Of a stretch of DNA of 64,000 nucleotides, positions 55,038 to 63,905 are shown one piece after another. The stretch is from the NCBI GenBank assembly GCA_964534745.1, contig CAZHQW010000008.1, positions 5,156 to 69,155 on the forward strand, written 5' to 3'. Position 1 is the stretch's first letter. Every line of letters starts with the position of its first letter. The notes under the pieces are model-generated. The model searched no databases, was not told the DNA's origin, and worked only from the letters and a program-made list of their open reading frames with translations. The stretch is from an uncultured Bacteroidales bacterium (GTDB lineage: Bacteria; Bacteroidota; Bacteroidia; Bacteroidales; UBA10428). Made by a program: the position numbers and the translations under genes.

Positions 55038-56444
55038 ATGAGTGGATTTTTTGGTGCCGTATCAAAAAATGATTGTGTGTTTGATGTCTTTTACGGCACT
55101 GATTACCACTCCCACCTCGGCACAAGGCGGGCCGGACTGGCTTACTACTCAAAAGAAAAAGGATTCCAGCGCTCCATTCATAACATTGATGACGGTTACT
55201 TCAGGAATAAGTTTGAGAATGACGTAAAAGGCTTTTCAGGAAACATCGGAATAGGTGTTATCAGTGACACTGAATCACAGCCTATTATGGTCACATCCCA
55301 TATAGGGCGTTTTGCTGTTGCTACTGTCGGTAAAATTGTAAATATTAAAGAAATTGAAGATGAATTTCTTAAGAAGAGGCGCACATTTACCGAACTGAGT
55401 GACGGAAGTGTAAATCCCACGGAGGTAGTAACAATGCTTATAGCCGAAGGTGAAAGCATTGAATCGGGTATAGAAATTGTATACGAGAGGGTTATAGGAT
55501 CAATCTCAATGCTCATACTAACAGAAGACAGCATTATTGCAGCCAGGGATAAGCTGGGGAGAACACCAATAATAATAGGTAAAAAAGAAGGGGGCTATGC
55601 GCTTGCTTTTGAGTCCTGTGCTTTCTCGAACCTTGACTACGGACTTGAAAAATATGTCGGACCGGGAGAGATAGTCAAAGTAACTGCCAATGGTTATACA
55701 CAGCTGCGCAAGCCTAACGATAAAATGCAGATCTGCGGATTCCTCTGGGTTTATTTCGGCTATCCCCCCTCCTTCTATGAAGGTGTCAACGTTGATGAAT
55801 GCCGTTACCGCTGCGGTGCGGCGCTGGCACGCAGGGATAAGACCGATGCCGACTTTGTTGCCGGAATACCTGACTCCGGAGTGGGCCATGCCCTGGGTTA
55901 CAGCAATGAGAGGCGCATACCTCTCAAAAGGCCCTATTCGAAATATACACCGACCTGGCCGCGCAGCTTCATGCCCCAGAGCCAGGATATGCGCGACCTT
56001 GTAGCAAAGATGAAGCTGCTGCCAAATTCAACACTCATCAAGGGGGGAAGGGGTATTTTTCTTGACGATTCCATTGTGCGTGGAACACAGCTAAAAGATA
56101 ATGTAAGGGACCTTTATGCCGGAGGCATTAAAGAGATACACATGCGCATTGCATGTCCTCCCCTCACCTACCCCTGCGAATTCCTTAATTTCAGCCGCTC
56201 CAGATCACATCTCGATCTTGCTGCATGCAAAGCTGTACGAATACTTGAAGGAACGGAAGATATTAATATGCAGGAGTATTCAGATACAAAAAACGGTAAA
56301 TATGCAGAAATGGTTGAACAGATAAGGAAAAGCCTTAACTTCACAACCCTTATATATCAAAAACTTGATGACCTCGTTGATGCAATAGGCCTGCCCAAAG
56401 AAAAAATATGCACTCACTGCTGGGATGGTTCAAGCTATTACTAG
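55038..56444 (+). CDS. amidophosphoribosyltransferase (PurF)-like protein lacking the N-terminal catalytic Cys
   Basis: 468 aa. A class II (Ntn) GATase-like N-domain is present. The PRPP loop is IFLDDSIVRGTQLKDNV. The Cys pattern resembles the B. subtilis-type 4Fe-4S ligands (MQICGFLWVYFGYP, IACPPLTYPCEF, CTHCWDGSSYY). The N-terminus is MSGFFG rather than MCG. The reading frame is closed 63 nt upstream (TAA at 54975-54977) with no Cys codon in between. Confidence 0.7.
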   Translation: MSGFFGAVSKNDCVFDVFYGTDYHSHLGTRRAGLAYYSKEKGFQRSIHNIDDGYFRNKFENDVKGFSGNIGIGVISDTESQPIMVTSHIGRFAVATVGKIVNIKEIEDEFLKKRRTFTELSDGSVNPTEVVTMLIAEGESIESGIEIVYERVIGSISMLILTEDSIIAARDKLGRTPIIIGKKEGGYALAFESCAFSNLDYGLEKYVGPGEIVKVTANGYTQLRKPNDKMQICGFLWVYFGYPPSFYEGVNVDECRYRCGAALARRDKTDADFVAGIPDSGVGHALGYSNERRIPLKRPYSKYTPTWPRSFMPQSQDMRDLVAKMKLLPNSTLIKGGRGIFLDDSIVRGTQLKDNVRDLYAGGIKEIHMRIACPPLTYPCEFLNFSRSRSHLDLAACKAVRILEGTEDINMQEYSDTKNGKYAEMVEQIRKSLNFTTLIYQKLDDLVDAIGLPKEKICTHCWDGSSYY

Positions 56445-56500
56445 AAAAAAAAAGTACTTACATCAAACAAATCCCACCACTGTTTATTATTCTGATATAA

Positions 56501-56640
56501 CACGGTATTCTTCAGGCAGAAGCAGTAACTTCCACAGAAAAGAAAGACGATGTCAGAAATAGTTCAAAGGATATACTCGACTTTTATCCTAATCCGGTTA
56601 CTGATATGATGACTCTGTCTTTTGACGTAATAGACTATAT
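56501..56640 (+). pseudogene. relic of the first strands of a T9SS C-terminal sorting domain
   Basis: The frame opens after the stop at 56498-56500 and has no start codon: ..EKKDDVRNSSKDILDFYPNPVTDMMTLSFDVID.. The block DFYPNPVTDxxTLSF is the canonical opening of Por CTDs (compare LTVYPNPVTNILNVML at 37376-39193). Downstream, the frame runs into the antisense of the OmpA gene. Confidence 0.3.
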
Positions 56641-57882
56641 TTTCACAAACTCGACCCTGCGGTTATTAGCTTTTCCTTCGGCAGTGTTATTTGCATCAAT
56701 AGGATTGCTCTCGCCCCAGCCTTTGCTGCTTAGCCTTTCTTTTGATATTCCCATATCAATAAGCTTATTCATCACGGTTTTAGCCCTTTCTTCCGAAAGT
56801 TTCTGGTTGGAGTCAGTATCACCGTCACTGTCTGTATGCCCTTCCACACTAAAATTAAGGTCAGAATGTTCATTCATTAAATCATAAATTTCATTAATCA
56901 CGCCCATTGACTCAGGTTTAAGTGTTGCTTTGCCCACATCAAAGCGAATGCCACTAGCTATTATTTTTCCATCCTGAAGCACACGGTCATAATATTTCAC
57001 TCCTCCTTCAGCTATTCTTATGTTCTTTATATAGTACCTTCTTTCGTTTGATGCCCAGGAGCAGTCTATTGAAATCCCTGTGGGATTGACATCAAGATGA
57101 GGTATGTTTATTAACCGTACATCATCCATATAAGCTTTGAATTTACCTTTTGTATAAGCAAGGGCTACATGTACCCATCTTCTTTTTTCAAGGTTTTCTG
57201 ATGGATATGTACTTGAAATACTGGCTATTTTCATCCTTTCGTCCGTTATAGTTAATGTTTCCTGATATCCACTGGGAGCATTCTGGTTTTTCCTGTCCCA
57301 TAAATGAACAGACATATCGTTAGGTTCTACATACAGGTCAAATTCAACAGTAAAAATATCAGGCAGATAGTCTTTATCCGAATTTTCCATGTATGGCACA
57401 ATAACCGGCTGACCTCCTCTGAACATAATAACTTTCTCTCCCCCAAACACGGCAACCTCGGCGTTACCCCTGTATAAGTCCCAGCGTGAGGGGAACTCTC
57501 CGTTTTCTTCACCTGCAAGATTGTCTTCGAAAATAATTTTGTCGCCAGGAACAAAATCATACTTGCTCCATGACAACTCGGGCGTTGTTTTCTTAGCCTC
57601 GGATTTTCCGGCTGGTTCTTCAGTACCGGAAGAAGTAACTTCTGAGGATTCATCTTCCTCAGTCCCTTCACCTTTATCCTCAGATTCGCTTTTATCCTTA
57701 TCTTTAAAAAGGCTGCCTACTCCTTCTTCAACCTCATCCAGGCTTTTATCAATACCCTGGTCTACTTTTCTGTTGGCACGCTGGTTGGTCTTGCTCTTAA
57801 TTTTGTCTTTAAGATTTATTTGTGCATTGGCTAATCCGTATGTTACGAATAACAGAAGGATAATGTAAAAAATGTTTTTCAT
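56635..57882 (-). CDS. OmpA-family protein (signal peptide, acidic linker, beta-sandwich, C-terminal OmpA peptidoglycan-binding domain)
   Basis: The start is probably the ATG at 57882 (MKNIFYIILLLFVTYGLANAQ). The OmpA_C motif is NFSVEGHTDSDGDTDSNQKLSEERAKTVMNKLIDMGISKERLSSKGWGESNPI..NRRVEFVKI. Confidence 0.85.
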   Translation of the reverse strand: MKNIFYIILLLFVTYGLANAQINLKDKIKSKTNQRANRKVDQGIDKSLDEVEEGVGSLFKDKDKSESEDKGEGTEEDESSEVTSSGTEEPAGKSEAKKTTPELSWSKYDFVPGDKIIFEDNLAGEENGEFPSRWDLYRGNAEVAVFGGEKVIMFRGGQPVIVPYMENSDKDYLPDIFTVEFDLYVEPNDMSVHLWDRKNQNAPSGYQETLTITDERMKIASISSTYPSENLEKRRWVHVALAYTKGKFKAYMDDVRLINIPHLDVNPTGISIDCSWASNERRYYIKNIRIAEGGVKYYDRVLQDGKIIASGIRFDVGKATLKPESMGVINEIYDLMNEHSDLNFSVEGHTDSDGDTDSNQKLSEERAKTVMNKLIDMGISKERLSSKGWGESNPIDANNTAEGKANNRRVEFVKI

Positions 57883-58056
57883 GGCTTTAGTTTTATGGTT
57901 ATACATTTAATGTCAGAATTTCCAAATAACAATGAATTAATTAATCTTTGTTAAGTGTATTGATTTAAAGTACATAAGTTTTTAGCCTGCAAGGTCAGTG
58001 ATTCAAAGTTATAAATTTTTTATGCTAATTGAAAATAATTAATATGGGCGCTGTCC

Positions 58057-58584
58057 CTATTTTTCCCTGCCCGTTTCCCGGTAAAGCTTCTTAAGCAGCC
58101 TCTTTCCTATCACTTTTATTCCGCTGGAACCCTTGGGTATCTGTTCTTCAATTGCACTCATAAGCTCAATTTTAAGTCCGGGTTCAATTTCAGAAATCTT
58201 ATATAACAGCTCCATGCTGTAGGCCTTGTTTGCTATAGAAAATTTATCGCTCAGAAGCATTTCAAAACAGGTCTCTACCAATATGCCAAGCTGATCCTCG
58301 GTAAAATCAAGTGGTGTCTCAGCAAGGATCTTCATAAAGTTTTTCCTTACACTTTCATCATCGGGCAGTAACCTTATAATTTTATCCAGGTAGGGTACTA
58401 TCAGGTGAGGATGTTTCTCCACGCAGAATATGGCAGCACGGGAGGCCCTCATTGATACCTTGTTCTTTCCGCTGAAAGCCAGGTCCATCAGCTTTTTAAA
58501 ACCGGCCGGATCATTACCTACATTGGCAGCCACCATCTCGGCAATAAACCTTGAACTGTCAACTAACTGGGATTCAAAGTCCAT
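58057..58584 (-). CDS. all-helical ARM/HEAT-like protein, unknown function
   Basis: 175 aa with no signal peptide. The helical-repeat character (..HPHLIVPYLDKIIRLLPDDESVRKNFMKILAE..) is reminiscent of AlkD-like/HEAT folds. The assignment is weak. Confidence 0.4.
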   Translation of the reverse strand: MDFESQLVDSSRFIAEMVAANVGNDPAGFKKLMDLAFSGKNKVSMRASRAAIFCVEKHPHLIVPYLDKIIRLLPDDESVRKNFMKILAETPLDFTEDQLGILVETCFEMLLSDKFSIANKAYSMELLYKISEIEPGLKIELMSAIEEQIPKGSSGIKVIGKRLLKKLYRETGREK

Positions 58585-58659
58585 TTAACAATAGTTTTTT
58601 CACTTGTTTTTACAGGAAATAATTATAAATTTATCCCAAACTTAATAAAATTTTGTACT

Positions 58660-58920
58660 ATGATGAAAGTAAAAAAACCAACTGCACAGGAAATAAAGGA
58701 AGCTGATTCCTGGGGCACATGGGGAAAGGAACCTTCAGAATTTCCCTGGTTTTATGACGATAAGGAGACCTGCTATATACTTGAAGGCGAAGCCACAGTT
58801 ACCGACAATGACGGAAATACAATATCCTTCGGTCCCGGTGACCTGGTTGAATTTGAGAAAGGCCTTGAATGCACATGGAAGATTAGCAAGGCAATAAAGA
58901 AGAGATATAAATTCGGCTGA
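58660..58920 (+). CDS. small cupin (DUF861/Cupin_3-type)
   Basis: 86 aa: WGTWGKEPSEFPWFYDDKETCYILEGEATVT..G..ISFGPGDLVEFEKGLECTWKI. This is the typical single-domain cupin pattern. Confidence 0.65.
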   Translation: MMKVKKPTAQEIKEADSWGTWGKEPSEFPWFYDDKETCYILEGEATVTDNDGNTISFGPGDLVEFEKGLECTWKISKAIKKRYKFG

Positions 58921-58924
58921 TTAT

Positions 58925-60088
58925 TTATTTCCACACGCCCGGTATATTTTCACCGCAAAACTTGCACTTATTGTTAACAATATTATTAGTCATTATATTA
59001 TAACCCCTCCTGTCTATCAGTAGTTTTTTGCATGAGGGACAATAAGTATTTTCAGCGTTCGTGCCGGGCACATTTCCAATATAGACAAATTTAATGCCTG
59101 CCTTGAGGGCGATTTCCCTCGCCTTTTGAAGGGTTGCGACAGGTGTTGAAGGCAACTGTGTTAATTTATACTGGGGATGAAACCTGCTAAAATGAAGCGG
59201 GTAATTGTATAATTTATTCTGGTAGAGCCAGTCACACATTTCCTTTATCATGTCAAAATCGTCTGTCCAGCTCGGCACTATAAGGTTTGTAATCTCAAGC
59301 CAAACACCTTCTTCACTGAGGATCTTAAGCGTATTCAGAACCGGCTGTAGGGTTCCACCGTTTAGCTTTAGGTATATGCTGTCACTGAATGACTTCAGGT
59401 CCACGTTTGCAGCATCAATGACCTTTGCAAGCTCGCGCAAAGGCTTCTCATTTATATATCCTGCCGTAACAAGCACATTTTTTATGCCTTTTTCGTGTGC
59501 CAGCTTTGATGTATCATAAGTATATTCATAGAAAGTTATAGGCTCTGAATATGTATATGCTATGGATTTGCAGCTGCTTTTATATGCCTTGTCAACAACG
59601 GCTCCTGGCATAAGGTCATAGTTACTCGTCTTGCGCGGGGAAGTCTGCGAGATCGTCCAGTTCTGACAGTTAAGGCATGCAAGGTTACAGCCGGCAGTCG
59701 CTATCGAATACGAAGTGCTTGAAGGCAGAAAGTGAAAGAGCGGCTTCTTCTCAATGGGATCAATATGAACAGCACATGGATTGCCATAGGCAATGGTATA
59801 GAGCTTTCCGCCCTCGTTAATTCTATTGTTGCAGGTACTTAGTTCACCTTCCTTCAGAGTACACTCATTCGGACATATCAGGCACTTAACTCCCCGTGCT
59901 GTCTGGATATAATGTGAAGCTTCCTTGCTCCATTTCCATAGATCCTCCCCTGCAGCGGCACCTTCTGAAATTACACCTGTTCCGTTTGCAAGCAGCTTAT
60001 TTCTGAAGCTAAGGCATATCCCGGTTACTCCCAGTAATCCTGTCTTTATAAACTGTCGTTTATTAATCCTGTTATCCTTAATATCCAT
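58925..60088 (-). CDS. AmmeMemoRadiSam-system-type radical SAM enzyme (PFL-activase-like) with an N-terminal Tat-like leader
   Basis: 387 aa. Motifs present are WKWSKEASHY, VKCLICPNECTLKEGELSTCNNRIN, HIDPIEKKPLFHFLP and the CX3CX2C motif GCNLACLNCQNW. There is a C-terminal Cys pair, CPSCKK...CKFCG. The N-terminus is MDIKDNRINKRQFIKTGLLGVTGICLSF. Confidence 0.7.
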   Translation of the reverse strand: MDIKDNRINKRQFIKTGLLGVTGICLSFRNKLLANGTGVISEGAAAGEDLWKWSKEASHYIQTARGVKCLICPNECTLKEGELSTCNNRINEGGKLYTIAYGNPCAVHIDPIEKKPLFHFLPSSTSYSIATAGCNLACLNCQNWTISQTSPRKTSNYDLMPGAVVDKAYKSSCKSIAYTYSEPITFYEYTYDTSKLAHEKGIKNVLVTAGYINEKPLRELAKVIDAANVDLKSFSDSIYLKLNGGTLQPVLNTLKILSEEGVWLEITNLIVPSWTDDFDMIKEMCDWLYQNKLYNYPLHFSRFHPQYKLTQLPSTPVATLQKAREIALKAGIKFVYIGNVPGTNAENTYCPSCKKLLIDRRGYNIMTNNIVNNKCKFCGENIPGVWK

Positions 60089-60135
60089 GACTAGAATTTT
60101 ATGTGCATATTTTTACCATCAAAAATCGATCCAGT

Positions 60136-60498
60136 TTAACATGTAACATGAAACATCCCGACTTTTGAGTCGCTATTTTCGTTCCATGTCTTTATCGCCC
60201 TTGGTGTCGCTTCGCATATAACCTTGCATTTCTTTGACCTGAAGAAAGCCGATGCTTCATCAGAAAGTTTCAGGGCATCGTATTGTCCAGATCCAATAAT
60301 AATAAACCTGGCCCCTTCCTCATATATATATTTTGCCTCTTTCTTTGATAATATATGGGAAGTACCGTACTTCTCCCTGGAAAGCTTCTTTTTTCTCTTA
60401 TGCACGGATTTATCCATCCTGATTATTACATCTTTGTCATATTGCTCGCCGTTAATAGTTATCGAGCCGAAACTTGTTTTATCAATCTTAAGTTTCAT
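60136..60498 (-). CDS. Mth938/NDUFAF3-like (DUF498) domain protein
   Basis: The start is the ATG at 60498 (MKLKIDKTSFGSITINGEQYDKDVII); the track start 60552 is TTG. The family pattern is present: ..SH.L...E......E....IIIGSGQYDALKL..EA..F..SKKCKV..EATPRAIKTWNE......VGMFHVTC. Confidence 0.55.
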   Translation of the reverse strand: MKLKIDKTSFGSITINGEQYDKDVIIRMDKSVHKRKKKLSREKYGTSHILSKKEAKYIYEEGARFIIIGSGQYDALKLSDEASAFFRSKKCKVICEATPRAIKTWNENSDSKVGMFHVTC

Positions 60499-60656
60499 CA
60501 GTGAACAGGAGTTATCTAATATTTTATCCCGACGAATTACTGTAACAAGCAAATTTATTAAAATCAGTCCATAAATTACAGGATTAAGTTGTTAAAAAGA
60601 ATAAATCATTATCTTTAAAAAACAATAATAAAGAGGCCCTTTCATAAAAACCGTTT

Positions 60657-63023
60657 ATGCTGATACCTGAAAAAAAGATAATTCTATTATTTGTAATAAC
60701 ATTAATTCTAACCCATACAGCAGCACAGAGATACACAATCAGCGGTTATGTCAAAGACAAGAGTAACGGTGAACTGCTTATAGGAGCAAACGTATTTATC
60801 AAGGAATCTTCTGTCGGCACAGTAACAAATACTTACGGATTTTATTCGTTAAGCCTTAATCCCGGTAACTATAAGCTTGTTTACAGTTACCTGGGTTATA
60901 AAAGCATGGAAACGATTATTGAACTGGACAGCGATATTACAAACACCGTTGAACTTGAAGCCGTACCTGACAGCATAGATGAAGTAATAATTACTACTGA
61001 AAGAAGGGACGATAATATAAGATCCGCAAAAATAAGCAATATAAAAATCAGCAGTAAAGTAATAAACCAGATCCCGGTTATTATGGGAGAGACTGATGTA
61101 ATAAAAACACTAACCCTGCTGCCAGGCGTAAAATCAGCGGGAGAAATTAGCTCAAGCCTCAGCATCAGGGGCGGTGCAAGGGACCAGAACCTTTTATTGC
61201 TGGATGAGGCAATTGTATATAATGCATCACACCTGGGCGGCTTCTTCTCAGTGTTTAATAATGATGCTATAAAGAACGTCGAACTATATAAAGGTAATAT
61301 ACCTGTACAATACGGGGGAAGACTGTCCGCACTTATTGACGTCAGGATGAAAGATGGCAATAATAAAAGATTCGCCGCCAACGGAGGCATAGGTCTTCTG
61401 TCAAGCCGGCTCACCGTCGAATCACCTATTATAAAAGACAAGGGTTCTTTAATAATATCGGGAAGAAGGACATATTATGACCTGCTGATGAAAATGATGC
61501 ATGAAATAGCCGACACCATACCTGAACTGCCTGTTCATTTTTATGATCTTAACCTCAAGGGGAATTATACTCTTAACCACAGGCACAGACTATACTTATC
61601 AGGTTACCTGGGACGCGATGTTGCGGACCTGAGCCTGGGCGATGATGTGAGCAGCGCTTTTAACTGGGGGAACTATACTGCCACTTTCCGATGGAACTAC
61701 ATTATAAATAAGAGGCTTTTTTCAAACCTTACCCTGCTGGCAAGTAATTATGATTATGAAATCTACAATAAACTGAGACTGGGAAGAGAAAAGAAGGAGT
61801 ATATATTCAGGTGGAGTTCATACCTGAAAGACTATTCGGCAAAACTGGATTTCGGCTTTTACCTTAATCCGGACAACACACTGAGGTTCGGACTTATTTC
61901 AACATACCATGACTTCAATGTAGGCAGAGTTAACGGCAGGAGTGATACTATAACGTGGCAATATAAAATTCCACCCATATATTGTATTGAGAATGCGGTT
62001 TATATTGGCAATGAACAGAAATTATCAGATAATATTAATATAAGCTACGGGCTGAGATATTCTTCTCTTCATAATATAGGCAAAGCAACATCATTCGTAT
62101 ATGAGGACTATAATGTAATAGATACGAATAACTACAAGTGGGGAGAAATATATAATTCGTACAGGGGAATAGAACCGCGCCTGGGATTTGCCTATGCTCT
62201 GTCGGCAAAGCATTCGGTCAAAATTGGATATACAAGAACCCGGCAGTACCTGCAAATAGCATCCAACTCGACATCGGGGACCCCGGTGGATATCTGGATA
62301 CCTTCAAGTCCCAATGTCAAGCCGCAGATCGCTGATCAATACAGCATAGGATATTTCAGAAACATGAGAAACAATACTCTGAAAGCATCTTTGGAACTTT
62401 ACTACAAGAATATGCAAAACCAGGTTGATTTTAAGGAATTTGCCGAGCCCCACCTTAATCCGGAAATTGAGGGTGAACTGAGATTCGGCAAGGGTAGGGC
62501 TTACGGTATGGAGCTTATGGTTGAAAAAACAGAAGGAAAGCTGACAGGGTGGATAAGCTATACCCTGTCCCGTTCCGAAAGGAAAACCAAAGATATACAG
62601 GAAAAGGGATGGTATACGTCCCCATACGATATACCTCATGACATATCTGTAGTGGTGACTTATAAACTGACTGACAGGGTTAATTTCTCATCAAACTGGG
62701 TATACCAGAGCGGGCGGCCTATAAATGCACCGGTGGCACGCTGGGAATACGGGAACCTTGTCCTCCCCTATTTTCCGGGAAGAAATACTGACAGAATGCC
62801 GTCCTACCACAGGTTTGACCTGGGCATGGAAATTAAAGGTAAACAAAAACCCGGCAAACGGTTCGAGAGCAGCCTGAGCTTCTCTATATATAATTTATAT
62901 AACCGAAAGAATGCAAATGCAATTTATTTTATCCAGGATGATGAATATCTGACGAGGACAAAAGCGATGAGGGTGTCAATGTTCAGGTTTATGCCCTCCG
63001 TTACTTACAATTTCAAGTTTTAA
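60657..63023 (+). CDS. TonB-dependent receptor (CarboxypepD_reg-like N-domain + plug + barrel), not SusC type
   Basis: 788 aa. The N-domain is RYTISGYVKDKSNGELLIGANVFIKESSVGTVTNTYGFYSLSLNPGNYKLVYSYLGY. The plug motifs are LPGVKSAGE..LSIRGG..DQNLLLLDEAIVYN. The barrel ends in a terminal Phe (SVTYNFKF). Confidence 0.85.
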   Translation: MLIPEKKIILLFVITLILTHTAAQRYTISGYVKDKSNGELLIGANVFIKESSVGTVTNTYGFYSLSLNPGNYKLVYSYLGYKSMETIIELDSDITNTVELEAVPDSIDEVIITTERRDDNIRSAKISNIKISSKVINQIPVIMGETDVIKTLTLLPGVKSAGEISSSLSIRGGARDQNLLLLDEAIVYNASHLGGFFSVFNNDAIKNVELYKGNIPVQYGGRLSALIDVRMKDGNNKRFAANGGIGLLSSRLTVESPIIKDKGSLIISGRRTYYDLLMKMMHEIADTIPELPVHFYDLNLKGNYTLNHRHRLYLSGYLGRDVADLSLGDDVSSAFNWGNYTATFRWNYIINKRLFSNLTLLASNYDYEIYNKLRLGREKKEYIFRWSSYLKDYSAKLDFGFYLNPDNTLRFGLISTYHDFNVGRVNGRSDTITWQYKIPPIYCIENAVYIGNEQKLSDNINISYGLRYSSLHNIGKATSFVYEDYNVIDTNNYKWGEIYNSYRGIEPRLGFAYALSAKHSVKIGYTRTRQYLQIASNSTSGTPVDIWIPSSPNVKPQIADQYSIGYFRNMRNNTLKASLELYYKNMQNQVDFKEFAEPHLNPEIEGELRFGKGRAYGMELMVEKTEGKLTGWISYTLSRSERKTKDIQEKGWYTSPYDIPHDISVVVTYKLTDRVNFSSNWVYQSGRPINAPVARWEYGNLVLPYFPGRNTDRMPSYHRFDLGMEIKGKQKPGKRFESSLSFSIYNLYNRKNANAIYFIQDDEYLTRTKAMRVSMFRFMPSVTYNFKF

Positions 63024-63047
63024 TATTATAAGGGACAAAACGTACAT

Positions 63048-63905
63048 ATGAGACTATATAAATTATCAGCCTTAGTTATTTTAACCTTAATCTGTTGCGA
63101 GCCGCAGCAGGAAATAGACTGGAAGCTTGATAATATACCAGCACGCCTGGTCGTTGAAGGATCAATTACGGATGAACTAAAAACACATTCGGTAACACTT
63201 AAGAAATCGGCCGAATACTTTTCAAATACCCGGGCAGAGGTTGTGTCAAATGCAGTAGTAACCATATCCGACGGTGAGAATGTCTTTACTCTGCTGGAAA
63301 ACCCTGCCGGATCAGGTATATACAAAACAACTGATGAAGTGAAAGGTGAAGTTGGCAGACTTTATACCCTCGAGATAGATATTGGCGAACCTCTGAACAA
63401 TGAGACTCACTTTTGGGCTACATCGGTTTTAAAAAGGGGCATTATTGCAGATACAATGATAAGTGTACTCTATGACAGTCCTTTTGCTTTTAATGATATT
63501 GATACCGTAATACTCGTCAATAGTGTCTTCGGATACGAACCTGAACCTGAGGGTGACTACTATATTGTGAATTTATACAATAACGGAACCCTCCTGAATG
63601 ACACGGTGGATGAATATACAGTTGTGGGCGACAAGGAAACGGGGATGAACGGAGAAAGCATCTTCAACTTTGTATATGTTGAGGATTTTATTGCAGGCGA
63701 TACGGTGCAAATGGAATTTCTGTCAACAAACGATGCTTACTACGAGTTTATTAAAGGGATTAAAATGATATACGGCGGCACTGATCCTTTCGGATTTTCA
63801 GGCCCCCCTGCCAATGCAGTGGGTAATATCCAGGGAGGTGAAGCTCTTGGATTTTTTAAGGCATCGGCAGTGACAAAAGTTATAGCCCGTGCAAAAAGGC
63901 AGTAA
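63048..63905 (+). CDS. DUF4249-type lipoprotein (usual partner of this TonB-dependent receptor class)
   Basis: 285 aa with a lipobox (LTLICCEPQQ). The block ARLVVEGSITDELKTHSVTLKKSA is typical of DUF4249. It lies 24 nt downstream of the receptor. Confidence 0.65.
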   Translation: MRLYKLSALVILTLICCEPQQEIDWKLDNIPARLVVEGSITDELKTHSVTLKKSAEYFSNTRAEVVSNAVVTISDGENVFTLLENPAGSGIYKTTDEVKGEVGRLYTLEIDIGEPLNNETHFWATSVLKRGIIADTMISVLYDSPFAFNDIDTVILVNSVFGYEPEPEGDYYIVNLYNNGTLLNDTVDEYTVVGDKETGMNGESIFNFVYVEDFIAGDTVQMEFLSTNDAYYEFIKGIKMIYGGTDPFGFSGPPANAVGNIQGGEALGFFKASAVTKVIARAKRQ

